Source: Candidatus Levyibacteriota bacterium
GTDB taxonomy: Bacteria > Patescibacteriota > Microgenomatia > Levybacterales > UBA12049
Direction of reading: 5' to 3'
DNA length: 64,000 bases
NCBI GenBank assembly: GCA_963790825.1
Contig: CAWBPM010000004.1
Span: 30,987 to 94,986 of the forward strand
Part shown: positions 41,467 to 50,967 of the stretch, in pieces
Numbering within the stretch: the first letter of the stretch is position 1
How the letters are laid out: each line of letters starts with the position of its first letter
Made by a program: the position numbers and the translations under genes
Notes under the pieces: generated by a model
The model's database searches: none
Told to the model about the DNA's origin: nothing
The model's input: only the letters and a program-made list of their open reading frames with translations

Positions 41467-42999
41467 TTACTCGCATATCTGTTTCCCCGAAGTTTTAGCA
41501 TACTCCTCTTTGGTTAATCCACATCCTGGACACGCATCGCCAACCGGTCCACTCGCTTGATATTGACACTGAGGACAAGTAAACCACTCTGCTGATTTTC
41601 CACCTATCCCCCCACTTCTACCGGCACTAATAAGACTGTTACTTTCCTGCTCCCCGGTACTACCGCAACTTCCCGGTGCTACTGGTGGCCTAAACCCGTA
41701 CTCTGCAACGAAATTCTTAAATCGAGTTTGTGGCATTTCTTGAGTGGGATAAGGTAATGGTTCTCGCGTGTAAATCGCTGTCTTGTCTTGTTTCTCAAGT
41801 AGTTCTGATAACGGTTTATCTTTAAGTTTTAATGCATAATTCTCGAGTGCATAGAAAGTCTTTTTTTTCTCCTCGTTGCTTCCTATTCGCATAACCCGAA
41901 TAAACTCGGAGAAAAGACCGTCTTGTTCTATTTTTTGAATAATTGCTCTATTTTTATGCTCTCCCTCGCTATCAGTAGTAAAAGAAAAATTCTTTCGCAG
42001 AATATCAGTAATTTTCTCCTCTTCAACTGAGCCCCTAACAAACTTTGGAGTCTTGAGAAAATCTGTCGCATGTGAATGGATAATCTGCTCACTCGTCAGG
42101 GCAGAAAACGCAGCATTATATTTCTCGATAACCTCTTCGCGAGATATTCCTGCATGCTCGACACGAAACGCACTCATTGCAAACAAACGCTCACCATTTC
42201 CAAGATCTGTAATCTTACCCCTAAAAACAAATCCATATTCTCCATAACCCTCCACCTGGAGTCCAGGAGGAGTTAGCCAAAAAGCAGTGTCTCCATCTTC
42301 TGCCGTAGGTGCTTGCGAATCAAGCTCACCTAAACCCGCCTCTTCTGCTTCTTCCCGATCGGTAGATTTACCTTTTATCTTTCGCTCTTCGATTACTCTC
42401 TTCGCCTTTATTTTCATCGGCTCTCCCCGCTTCTCGTCTCGAATAGTCATCTCACCTTCTCCATTTTGATCACACCCATAAATAAGAACATAATCATGTC
42501 GTTGCGCCTTCAAACGGTATTCCTTCAAATAAGAAATAACATCTGCGCGTATTTCCTCATCTTTAGGCGGGGCATCGTAATTTAAATTAAAAGCTTCGGA
42601 CCCTACCACCTCCCTATTTTTTTTCCTAAGATACGATCTTTCTTCTCCAATTCTTTTTGGATTTTGCAAAATGTTATGTTCTCCATTTGGTTGAACATGC
42701 ATTTTTTCCCTGACAATGCTTAGCGCTAACAGTTCTTCAGAGGTAAATGGGTGCGCCTGCGCAGTCGGCTGAAGAAGAGTATCGTAGGGACGAGGCTCTC
42801 TCCAATTCCTTTCCTGACTTGCTATCTGAGGCCTATCTAAAACACTGGATCCTCTTTCTTTTTCGTACAGATTGCCCATAAAAAAACTCCTTCTCCGCCC
42901 CAGGCTCTGTCCAAGGCTTCCGAGGAGTTTGTGCAAAAAAATTACTTCTGTCTCGGAAGGTTTTAGGATCTGACTTTGTCCAGCGTAGCTGGACTTCAC
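41467..42999 (-). CDS. hypothetical protein (510 aa) with Glu/Lys-rich region and C-terminal zinc ribbon (CPQCQ...CPGCG)
   Basis: ORF; Cys4 pair at C-terminus. Confidence 0.5.
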   Translation of the reverse strand: MKSSYAGQSQILKPSETEVIFLHKLLGSLGQSLGRRRSFFMGNLYEKERGSSVLDRPQIASQERNWREPRPYDTLLQPTAQAHPFTSEELLALSIVREKMHVQPNGEHNILQNPKRIGEERSYLRKKNREVVGSEAFNLNYDAPPKDEEIRADVISYLKEYRLKAQRHDYVLIYGCDQNGEGEMTIRDEKRGEPMKIKAKRVIEERKIKGKSTDREEAEEAGLGELDSQAPTAEDGDTAFWLTPPGLQVEGYGEYGFVFRGKITDLGNGERLFAMSAFRVEHAGISREEVIEKYNAAFSALTSEQIIHSHATDFLKTPKFVRGSVEEEKITDILRKNFSFTTDSEGEHKNRAIIQKIEQDGLFSEFIRVMRIGSNEEKKKTFYALENYALKLKDKPLSELLEKQDKTAIYTREPLPYPTQEMPQTRFKNFVAEYGFRPPVAPGSCGSTGEQESNSLISAGRSGGIGGKSAEWFTCPQCQYQASGPVGDACPGCGLTKEEYAKTSGKQICE

Positions 43000-43082
43000 A
43001 GTTGCGGCACAGTTTCGGATTTACACCGAATTCACCTTTTTATATTTTGACTAAACGAAATCTATACGGAACATAGTCCATA

Positions 43083-43631
43083 TTATAAATCTCGTTTTTT
43101 CCAAATCGTTTCTTTTTTTCGCTCTTTTTGATTAAAAAATCGAGCCAACGTAAACAGCAAGTCTGATAAACGATTCAGGTACTTTTGAATTGTAACGTCA
43201 ATTTCCTCTGTTTGAGCCAAAGCAACTATATTTCGTTCTGTCCTGCGGCAAACAGTTCGGGCAACATGAAGAAGAGAGCCGGCTTTCGAACCGCCCGGCA
43301 AAATAAAATTATGCAGCTCTGGTAATTTTTCGGCTAATTGATCCATTATTCTTTCAAAATCCGTAACTCTTCCAGCTAACCAAGGCAATGGTTTAGGCTG
43401 CGGATTAGCTAAGTTCGCACCTATTTCAAATAGATCATGTTGAACTTGCTCTAATTGCTTTTTAATTTGCTTGTCAGAGGTTTTCAAGTGGGCTATTACT
43501 GCTCCTAATTCACTGTTTAACTCATCCACAGTTCCGTATGTCTCAACGCGCTTATGGGACTTTAAGACACGCTTCCCACCAAAAAGCGAGGTTTCTCCCC
43601 TGTCTCCGGTTCTGGTATAAATTTTTTGCAT
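43083..43631 (-). CDS. pduO: ATP:cob(I)alamin adenosyltransferase, PduO type
   Basis: 182 aa; MQKIYTRTGDRGETSL...RVETYGTVDELNS N-terminal signature. Confidence 0.8.
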   Translation of the reverse strand: MQKIYTRTGDRGETSLFGGKRVLKSHKRVETYGTVDELNSELGAVIAHLKTSDKQIKKQLEQVQHDLFEIGANLANPQPKPLPWLAGRVTDFERIMDQLAEKLPELHNFILPGGSKAGSLLHVARTVCRRTERNIVALAQTEEIDVTIQKYLNRLSDLLFTLARFFNQKERKKETIWKKRDL

Positions 43632-43668
43632 AAAAAATCCTAACTACGAGCCTCCAACTCAAAGTACC

Positions 43669-46134
43669 TCAGCACTCTGAATACCCGCAGCTATAACATT
43701 TTTTACAACCTTCTTCGTAAGCAAGTGTTCCCGATCCACAAGACGGACAGATATCAAATAAACTCGTGGTGTTTGCTTGCATTTCTTTTTCAATCGGTCT
43801 GTCCACATGAATCATTTGTATTTGTCCCGCTACTACTTCCGTTGATGATCCGGCTCCGCTGTGACTATTTGATGACTGGGTTTTTGTAATTCCGTTTGTT
43901 CCGATTTCCGCAAGCTCCTTAGCGACTGCGGGCATTTGAGAGAGAGTTACTTTATCTTCAACCTTGCCATTCACCCTAAAATTTCCATGCTTGGCAAGTA
44001 CTTTTGAGACAGCATCGGGCAGGGAACGTACGCGATTCTCCCCAAACCCAACTGACCTTGATCCGCCAATACCTGTTAGCTCCGATACGATCTCCCGCAT
44101 ACGTTCCCTTTGCGGGACTGGACTATGGATACGAAGAACAAACGATAGCATTCTTCCTAACGCATCACACATCGCCATAACATCAGAACCTGCTTTCCCC
44201 CCGCTTAAGAATATCTCAAATGGTTGATGGTTCTCGTCTTCATTAATTGTCACGTACATTTTACCAATTGGACTTTCTGCTCGGTATGTCGTTCCTGTCA
44301 GTATCATGGGGCGGGGAACTCGCGGCATGACAGGAACAATTGGCTTAGGCTCTTCTACTTTCTCTTCTTTTTTCTCCTCAATTCGTGACAATACTCCCAC
44401 GCGTGATCCGTCGCGCATATAAGTGATACCTTTAAGACCATTATTATAAGCAAGCATATAAAGCCGTTTTACGTCTTCTACGGTGTGGCTATTTGGTGCA
44501 TTAACGGTTTTGGAGATCGATGAGTCAATATATTCCTGGGCAATTGCCTGTACTTTCACGTGCTCTTCGGGAGTCAGATCATTTGCCGAGACAAAATAAT
44601 CCGGACGCTCCATGTTCGGATGCGCCTTTTTCCATTCTTCAAAAAGAGGGTGATACATCTTGTGCTCCCCGAGTCGGTCTCTGCGAATAAACTCAAATTC
44701 ATACACCGGCTCAACACCAGATGATACGCCCGAAATAAGACTCGTTGTTCCGGTTGGCGCAATTGTCAGAAGTACCGCATTGCGAATACCTTTTTTGGTA
44801 ATCAAATCCTGGATCTCACCCGGTAAGGCCTGGATATGGTAGCCGAGGGCATATTTTTCTTTATCGTACTTTGGAAAACTTCCTTTTTCTTTTGCAATCT
44901 TAGCTGAGGCAATATAGGCATTATTTCGCAGTGTCTCAAAGATTTTACGGATAACAGGGAGTGATTCTTCTGAACCGTAACGTATTTTCATTTTAATAAG
45001 TGCATCCGCCAAGCCTAAAATACCAAGACCGGTACGTCTGATATCTTTTGCTGATTTTTCATTTTCTTTATAAAAATAATGCGTGTCGTCGATAACATTA
45101 TCCATGAAGCGCATAGCAATTTGTATGTCTTTGGCAAAATTTTTATAATCAAACCAGCCTGCCTGATCACTGGAAAGATCCGCATCTTTTACATAAGCAG
45201 ACAGATTCATTGCCCCAAGATTGCAAACAGCCCATGCACCAAGCGGTTGTTCACCGCATGGATTAGTAGATAAAAGTTTTTCAAAATAATAAGTGTTTGA
45301 GCGCTTGTTTGACCTTTCAAGAAAGTGGAGTCCCGGCTCAGCACTTCTCCAGGCTGCTTCACAAATCAAATCCCAAAGATATGTCGCTTTAACTGTTTTA
45401 TGTACGCGTACTTTTTTACCAAGTTTTTTCCAGTCATCAATATCTCCATTCCACTTTTCATCATATTCCTTGTCGTCAATATCAGGAAACTCCAAGCTCC
45501 AATCCTTGTCTGCTTTTACGGCTTCCATAAATTTGTCTGAAACACAAACCGATAAGTTGGCACCATTAATCTTGGAAAGATCCTGCTTAACCGTGATAAA
45601 TTCTTCAATATCAGGATGCCAATCATGCATCATCAACATGAGCGCTCCACGTCTGGATCCTCCTTGCTGAATAATATCTTTTGTGGCTAAAGAATACATT
45701 TCTGCCCAATTCAGCGGGCCTGAAGAAAAACCATTGACGGTTTTGACCCTTGCCCCACGCGGCCTGAGACTTGAGAGATTCAGTCCTACTCCTCCACCAT
45801 GCGCCATAATCTCTATCATTTGCGTAAGATTTTCCATAATACCCCCACGGGAATCCGGAGGATTGGGAATAACAAAACAGTTAAAATACGTCACATCAAA
45901 ACCAGTACCTGCTCCTGCCAGAATTCTACCGCCGGGTAAGAATTTAAAGCCTTCCATGGCTTTGTAAAATTTTTCTTCCCATTTTTTACGGTTTTCTTTT
46001 TTCTCAACGCGGGAAATACCTCTGGCAACACGCTTCCACATTTCATCCGGAGTTTGTTCAAGAGGAGAACCGTCCCGATTTTTGAGCGAATATCGATCTA
46101 GAAATACTTTTTGCCTAATGCCATCAAGTTTCAT
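43669..46134 (-). CDS. nrdJ: adenosylcobalamin-dependent ribonucleotide reductase (class II), with C-terminal zinc ribbon
   Basis: 821 aa; class II RNR architecture, active-site NPCGEQPL, C-terminal CPSCG...CKKCYSCG. Confidence 0.85.
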   Translation of the reverse strand: MKLDGIRQKVFLDRYSLKNRDGSPLEQTPDEMWKRVARGISRVEKKENRKKWEEKFYKAMEGFKFLPGGRILAGAGTGFDVTYFNCFVIPNPPDSRGGIMENLTQMIEIMAHGGGVGLNLSSLRPRGARVKTVNGFSSGPLNWAEMYSLATKDIIQQGGSRRGALMLMMHDWHPDIEEFITVKQDLSKINGANLSVCVSDKFMEAVKADKDWSLEFPDIDDKEYDEKWNGDIDDWKKLGKKVRVHKTVKATYLWDLICEAAWRSAEPGLHFLERSNKRSNTYYFEKLLSTNPCGEQPLGAWAVCNLGAMNLSAYVKDADLSSDQAGWFDYKNFAKDIQIAMRFMDNVIDDTHYFYKENEKSAKDIRRTGLGILGLADALIKMKIRYGSEESLPVIRKIFETLRNNAYIASAKIAKEKGSFPKYDKEKYALGYHIQALPGEIQDLITKKGIRNAVLLTIAPTGTTSLISGVSSGVEPVYEFEFIRRDRLGEHKMYHPLFEEWKKAHPNMERPDYFVSANDLTPEEHVKVQAIAQEYIDSSISKTVNAPNSHTVEDVKRLYMLAYNNGLKGITYMRDGSRVGVLSRIEEKKEEKVEEPKPIVPVMPRVPRPMILTGTTYRAESPIGKMYVTINEDENHQPFEIFLSGGKAGSDVMAMCDALGRMLSFVLRIHSPVPQRERMREIVSELTGIGGSRSVGFGENRVRSLPDAVSKVLAKHGNFRVNGKVEDKVTLSQMPAVAKELAEIGTNGITKTQSSNSHSGAGSSTEVVAGQIQMIHVDRPIEKEMQANTTSLFDICPSCGSGTLAYEEGCKKCYSCGYSEC

Positions 46135-46583
46135 ATAATTTTCAGTCTTTTTACTTCCTTAGTAAAATCTTCAATGTCCACAAATCGTTTGAAGACACTG
46201 GAAAATCTGATATACGCTACTTTATCAATTTGCTTAAGCCTCGTGCCGACCATCTGTCCGATATCCGAACTGGCTACCTCAGCTTGTCCCAGACAGCGAA
46301 TTTCTCCTACGACATCGGTTACAATTTTCTCAATTACTGCGTGCGGAACAGTTGTTTTCTCGCAGGATTTCAAAATTCCCGCTTGCAATTTATCCCGACT
46401 GAATTGTTCCCGCCTGCCATCCCGTTTAATTACCAAGAGTTGCACGTTCTCTACCCGTTCGTATGTTGTAAACCGTTTGCCGCACTCATTGCATTCCCGT
46501 CTTCTCCTAATCGTATCCAGGTCATCGCTGTCTCGAGTCTCCAAAACGTCTGAGTGTTTGTTTCCGCAAAATGGACAATGCAT
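46131..46583 (-). CDS. nrdR: transcriptional repressor NrdR
   Basis: 150 aa; MHCPFCGNKHSDVLETR...ECNECGKRFTTYE zinc ribbon + ATP-cone. Confidence 0.9.
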   Translation of the reverse strand: MHCPFCGNKHSDVLETRDSDDLDTIRRRRECNECGKRFTTYERVENVQLLVIKRDGRREQFSRDKLQAGILKSCEKTTVPHAVIEKIVTDVVGEIRCLGQAEVASSDIGQMVGTRLKQIDKVAYIRFSSVFKRFVDIEDFTKEVKRLKII

Positions 46584-46590
46584 ATGCTTT

Positions 46591-46624
46591 CACTAAATAT
46601 TTATGTAATAATAAATATTTAGTG
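46591..46624. promoter_or_regulatory. 34-bp palindromic operator (13-bp arms CACTAAATATTTA-N8-TAAATATTTAGTG), candidate NrdR box pair
   Basis: Perfect inverted repeat 8 nt upstream of the nrdR start codon; overlaps predicted TSS/RBS. Confidence 0.6.
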
Positions 46625-46633
46625 TCTTAAAAA

Positions 46634-46662
46634 ATAATATGGCACTACATCTCGGGTGTCAA
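46634..46662 (-). promoter_or_regulatory. sigma70-like promoter TTGACA-17-TATTAT for nrdR-nrdJ-pduO
   Basis: Minus-strand TTGACA (46657-46662) and TATTAT (46634-46639). Confidence 0.55.
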
Positions 46663-46763
46663 TAGAGCTTTTTATATCAAATCCTATCGTAGCTTCAATA
46701 CTTGGTAAACTCTTACAATTCCGAAACTGCCAGGTACTTTTTATACTCACATTTCTTGTGTTG

Positions 46764-47330
46764 CTATTTTTGAGGATTAAATTCGCCAATCTCAAGCTTG
46801 AGCGTTTGTAGGTGCTTATCAAGAGGGATAAATTCCGCCTTCTCTTCTGCAGACAACCCTTTTTCTAAATCTTTCAGGACTTCTTCATGTTTCGCGGCTG
46901 CTGTTTGTAGTTCTTTTACAAAATCAGCACTGCTTTCCTTCTTTTGTTTAATAATTGCAACCTGATCGGCAGCCTCGGTAAAATAATTTTGTCCCTTAGA
47001 GATAGTGGAAACTGCAAGAGGTAGCTCTTTTTTATCCTTTTGTATCAGATACACTCCCATTTGTAATCGTTTATCAGCTTGAAGTAAATCAAATTTTCCA
47101 CGTTTCAAAGGATCAGCGATAAGAAAACTAATTACTTTATCTCTTGCGGCTTTGAGAAAATACAACGGATTATCAGGTAGAATTCCCGGGTATGGCAAAG
47201 CATAATCAACTGTCGTGAAGACAGGGGAAATAGTAGGTTCTAAGTTTGATTGTTGCGCAAACGAAAGCGGAGGCAAAATGAAAAACAAAAAGAAGAGAGA
47301 AGGGAAAAAAATGCCAATCCTTTGACTCAT
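46764..47330 (-). CDS. secreted hypothetical protein (signal peptide, 188 aa)
   Basis: N-terminal hydrophobic signal FFPSLFFLFFILPPLSFA. Confidence 0.5.
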   Translation of the reverse strand: MSQRIGIFFPSLFFLFFILPPLSFAQQSNLEPTISPVFTTVDYALPYPGILPDNPLYFLKAARDKVISFLIADPLKRGKFDLLQADKRLQMGVYLIQKDKKELPLAVSTISKGQNYFTEAADQVAIIKQKKESSADFVKELQTAAAKHEEVLKDLEKGLSAEEKAEFIPLDKHLQTLKLEIGEFNPQK

Positions 47331-47467
47331 GCCGTGATTATAGTAGGGAATATTGATTCTGACAATAAGGAATAATATATTTCATTGTTAGAAAAAAGTA
47401 TAAAACAACAGGTGATATATTATTAGCTAAACTAATAATCAAAAAATGTGTTTCTGGGTAAGATTTG

Positions 47468-48097
47468 TCAACGAAGTACCTCCAGACGTTTTGCGTCCAT
47501 GATTGCTAAAACATCCCCAACTGCCTCTTCTAACTTCCCATTTTTGTTAACAACTACATAATCGCAATCGTTATATTGTTTTATTTCCCAAAGGACTAAC
47601 GACTCGTTCCAGCGGTGTAAAAAATCACTTTTGCCTTCATCTTTTAATACGCGTTTCCTTAAGTCTTCTATTTCCGGCGCAGTTAGAAAAACAAAGACAG
47701 ATCTGGGAATCATTTCTTTTATCTTGGCTTTATTGTTCTTAATTCCCTTCTCTTCGATATGCCAGATTACGTCTTTTCCCAAAGACAACGCTTCGCTAAT
47801 TGTTTTTTTACGGGTTCCATAAAGCTCACCCCGAAATTCTACCCACTCGAAAAACTCGCCATCTGCAATCAGTTTTCTAAACTCTTCCCGCGAGATGAAA
47901 TGATAGGGATTCCCCTCGCTTTCAATTTGCCTCATTTTCCTGCTGGTTGTGGTGGCAACTTTCACCATAGACGGATTTTTGGCAATCAAACGGGCAAAAA
48001 GTGCGTCTTTACCCGAACCCACCGGTCCGGTAAGAACCAGGAGTACGCCGCGTTTTTTCCGTTCTGCTATCTCAACGGATAGGGGTTTATGATTCAT
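47468..48097 (-). CDS. gmk: guanylate kinase
   Basis: 209 aa; GPVGSGKDAL P-loop, TTSRKMRQIESEGNPYHFISREEF, YGT. Confidence 0.8.
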   Translation of the reverse strand: MNHKPLSVEIAERKKRGVLLVLTGPVGSGKDALFARLIAKNPSMVKVATTTSRKMRQIESEGNPYHFISREEFRKLIADGEFFEWVEFRGELYGTRKKTISEALSLGKDVIWHIEEKGIKNNKAKIKEMIPRSVFVFLTAPEIEDLRKRVLKDEGKSDFLHRWNESLVLWEIKQYNDCDYVVVNKNGKLEEAVGDVLAIMDAKRLEVLR

Positions 48098-49137
48098 GCT
48101 GTTTTGGAGACCATAAGGACCTCTTCAACTAACCGATTTGCGTAGCCGTATTCATTGTCATACCAAGCAATTACTTTAACCATATTTCCGCCCAACACTT
48201 GCGTTAAGGACAGGTCAACAATTGAAGAATAGGAATTCCCAATCACATCACTGGAAACTAAAGGATCCTCAGTAACTGTCAGAATGCCTTCGTATTCTTT
48301 TTGCAATGCCTCACGCCTGAAAATATTATTAACCTCATCAATAGTCGTACTTCTTTTTAATAAAAACGTAAAGTCTGATAAGGATCCCACCGGCACCGGA
48401 ACACGAAGTGCTAACCCGGTAAAAATATTTTGCAGATTCGGCATTACCTGCCCTGCGGCAATAGTTGCGCCGGTTGAGGTTGGGATAATATTAAGCCCTG
48501 CTGCCCGTGCCCGACGGTAATCTTTGTGTCCCCCGTCCTGCAAACGCTGATCCGAGGTATACCCATGCACAGTAGTCATCATCGCTCTGTCAATACCGAA
48601 ATTATCTTCCATAACCTTGGTAACCGGAGTAATGCAGTTTGTCGTGCATGATGCATTACTCAAAATCTTGGCACCTTTATAATCCTTATCGTTAATCGAT
48701 AAGACATAGACCGGAACATCGCTTCCTTTTCCGGGGGCCGATAACACCACTTTTTTTGCTCCTGCCTGTAAATGGAGCTGCAATTGATCTGCGGTTCGGA
48801 AGTGTCCCGTAGATTCTATTACCGTGTCTACTTGTAAATCGTGCCATGGCAATTTGGCAGGATCTTTTTGGGAATAAACAGGAATTTCCTTAGAGTCAAT
48901 CATGAGAAAACCGATGAGGTCGGGCTTACTGGGATCATCATTTTTCTTATATCCGATTTCTTTGGGAAAAGGTCCGTAGACACTGTCATATTTTAAGAGA
49001 TACATCCAACCTTTAATGTCGGTTGAAGAGCCGGCATTAATTGCTACCACTTCTACTTCTGCGCTATGCCACTGCAAAATAATTCTGTGCGCTACTCGCC
49101 CAATTCTCCCATAGCCATTAATCGCAACACGTACCAT
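48094..49137 (-). CDS. gap: glyceraldehyde-3-phosphate dehydrogenase
   Basis: 347 aa; INGYGRIGR, SNASCTTNC active site. Confidence 0.9.
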   Translation of the reverse strand: MVRVAINGYGRIGRVAHRIILQWHSAEVEVVAINAGSSTDIKGWMYLLKYDSVYGPFPKEIGYKKNDDPSKPDLIGFLMIDSKEIPVYSQKDPAKLPWHDLQVDTVIESTGHFRTADQLQLHLQAGAKKVVLSAPGKGSDVPVYVLSINDKDYKGAKILSNASCTTNCITPVTKVMEDNFGIDRAMMTTVHGYTSDQRLQDGGHKDYRRARAAGLNIIPTSTGATIAAGQVMPNLQNIFTGLALRVPVPVGSLSDFTFLLKRSTTIDEVNNIFRREALQKEYEGILTVTEDPLVSSDVIGNSYSSIVDLSLTQVLGGNMVKVIAWYDNEYGYANRLVEEVLMVSKTA

Positions 49138-49182
49138 ACAACATAGTATAAAGTTTCTGGGTGGGCAGATGCAAGAGGAAAT

Positions 49183-49767
49183 TTATGACGACATCTTATG
49201 CTTTGGTTCCCCTGGTTGGAATATAACTCCCGACTGATTCAGCACTACAATGACCTCATTATATTTTTCTATATCTTTTATTCGCGCAGCACGTGTTTTT
49301 ATTCGGGCCTTACCCCGTTTCCCGAAAGTCTTTGATTCAATTTGTGGTCCTTCAGAAGAAATTATGAGATAGGATTTTATTCTCTTAACAGCAATGGTAA
49401 ATTCCATTTTAGCTGCAAATTCTTCATTTTTAGTTGATTCGTACTTATCAGGATATCCACTACTGGATAATGTGACCAATATTGGTCCGTTTTTATCAGG
49501 TACGTGACATTCTAATAGTGTCGGACTATGTAATGAGATTTGTTCTCGGAATTCTTCCATACCTAGTCGGTTTTGATCTCCCGCTTGCAGTTGATCTCCG
49601 GGAAGACGTGGATGAGGAATATGTGTAACAATAAGCTCAGAAATTTCGCTGCGAAGGTGAGCTGCTAATCTTATTACCTCTTTTGCTTCAGCAGTTCTTT
49701 TGTTTGCTTTTTCATTTTTCTCGGCAGCTTTTTGAAGCATTCCGGATCTTTGTTCTACTTCTGTCAT
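49183..49767 (-). CDS. hypothetical protein (start set to ATG 49767 to avoid 50-nt overlap)
   Basis: ORF only. Confidence 0.4.
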   Translation of the reverse strand: MTEVEQRSGMLQKAAEKNEKANKRTAEAKEVIRLAAHLRSEISELIVTHIPHPRLPGDQLQAGDQNRLGMEEFREQISLHSPTLLECHVPDKNGPILVTLSSSGYPDKYESTKNEEFAAKMEFTIAVKRIKSYLIISSEGPQIESKTFGKRGKARIKTRAARIKDIEKYNEVIVVLNQSGVIFQPGEPKHKMSS

Positions 49768-49819
49768 TATTATACTGTTCCGTTTTATACTGCAATTCCC
49801 AAGCAGTGTCAATGAGCAG

Positions 49820-50947
49820 TTAGTCGGTAAACTCCTGAGTAAACATTTTGCCGTAAATTCCCCCGTCAATCACACCAATGCCGATTTTCCGGAAGTTTAC
49901 ATTCAGGATATTTGCTTTATGTCCCGGACTATTCATAAGTCCTTGCATTGCCAATTCTGTTGAAGGCGCGAGGGCTAAATTTTCACCCGCATAACCATAG
50001 GTAATCCCAGCCGCATCCATTCGATCGAAAGGTGACTGACCCTCCGGGTTATAGTGGGAAAAATATCCCCTGGCAAACATATCGCTGGAATACCGCCTGG
50101 CGAGTATGCGAAGAGCAGGATCCATACTGAGTGCCCGAATCCCTCGCGACGTACGTTCCTGATTTACTATGGTAAACATTTGCATTTCCGCCTGCGTATC
50201 AACGGAACCATTACTGAGGCGGAAATGTAAATTTATTGTTTCGGTACTCTTCGGTTCAACCGTCATGAAGTTGAGCGTTTCATGAATTGCGCCTCCAAAT
50301 ACATCATTCAATTGCTTCTCGTAGGTTGCAGTACTTCCCACCAGAAACGAACCGAATCTGGAATTAGAAATACTGTCTTTTAAAAATGGTGCTGATGGAA
50401 ATGCAATAATGAGACTCAAAATAAAAGCAAGGACAATCAGTGCCGATATCATGCCGGGCAAGATACCGAGGTAGTGGTCTATTTTACGAAAAACTCGTCC
50501 CGTGAGATGTGCTTCTCCAGGCTCTGGAAGAAGCGCAAAGAGCCTACGAAAAAGAATATTGGAAACTATTTCGCTAAAAAACGCGATGATAAAAAAACCA
50601 AGTGCGTTGGCAAATCCCGGCGTCATGGACAAATGCGACACTAAGTAGCTACCTAAAACCCCATAAAATTTTAAGGCTAAGAAAAACGAAAGTAAAAAGC
50701 TTATCAGATCTGCAACCGCGGTAAAAAAGCCCAGCGTATAGCCTTCATATGCATAAAATAGGATAACGATGATAATAACTAGATCCAGTAAATTAAAACC
50801 AAAACCGGAGATCGAAAGGGCTTGACCGATTGCGCTTACGACGCCAAGCAGGAATACCTGCGCTGCTTGAAACATAGATCTATTATAATCAATCCGTTCT
50901 AAATACGCCAACGAAAAATCTTCTTCTACTCTTTTATCGGCGAGCAA
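49820..50947 (-). CDS. CvpA-family membrane protein fused to C-terminal CAP/SCP (PR-1-like) domain
   Basis: 375 aa; 4-5 TM N-terminal half; C-terminal GYFSHYNPEG...GENLA...SPGHKANIL matches CAP-domain signatures. Confidence 0.65.
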   Translation of the reverse strand: MLADKRVEEDFSLAYLERIDYNRSMFQAAQVFLLGVVSAIGQALSISGFGFNLLDLVIIIVILFYAYEGYTLGFFTAVADLISFLLSFFLALKFYGVLGSYLVSHLSMTPGFANALGFFIIAFFSEIVSNILFRRLFALLPEPGEAHLTGRVFRKIDHYLGILPGMISALIVLAFILSLIIAFPSAPFLKDSISNSRFGSFLVGSTATYEKQLNDVFGGAIHETLNFMTVEPKSTETINLHFRLSNGSVDTQAEMQMFTIVNQERTSRGIRALSMDPALRILARRYSSDMFARGYFSHYNPEGQSPFDRMDAAGITYGYAGENLALAPSTELAMQGLMNSPGHKANILNVNFRKIGIGVIDGGIYGKMFTQEFTD

Positions 50948-50967
50948 AAAACAGAGTATGGTATGAT

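Noticed and set aside
41467-42999. 510-aa zinc-ribbon protein as a conjugative relaxase (HSH resembling an HUH motif)
   Set aside because: HSHATDF does not fit the His-hydrophobic-His pattern and no convincing catalytic Tyr motif or MOB family signature is recognisable by eye.
46111-46596. 161-aa plus-strand ORF
   Set aside because: Antisense to nrdR, whose zinc-ribbon and ATP-cone motifs are unambiguous.
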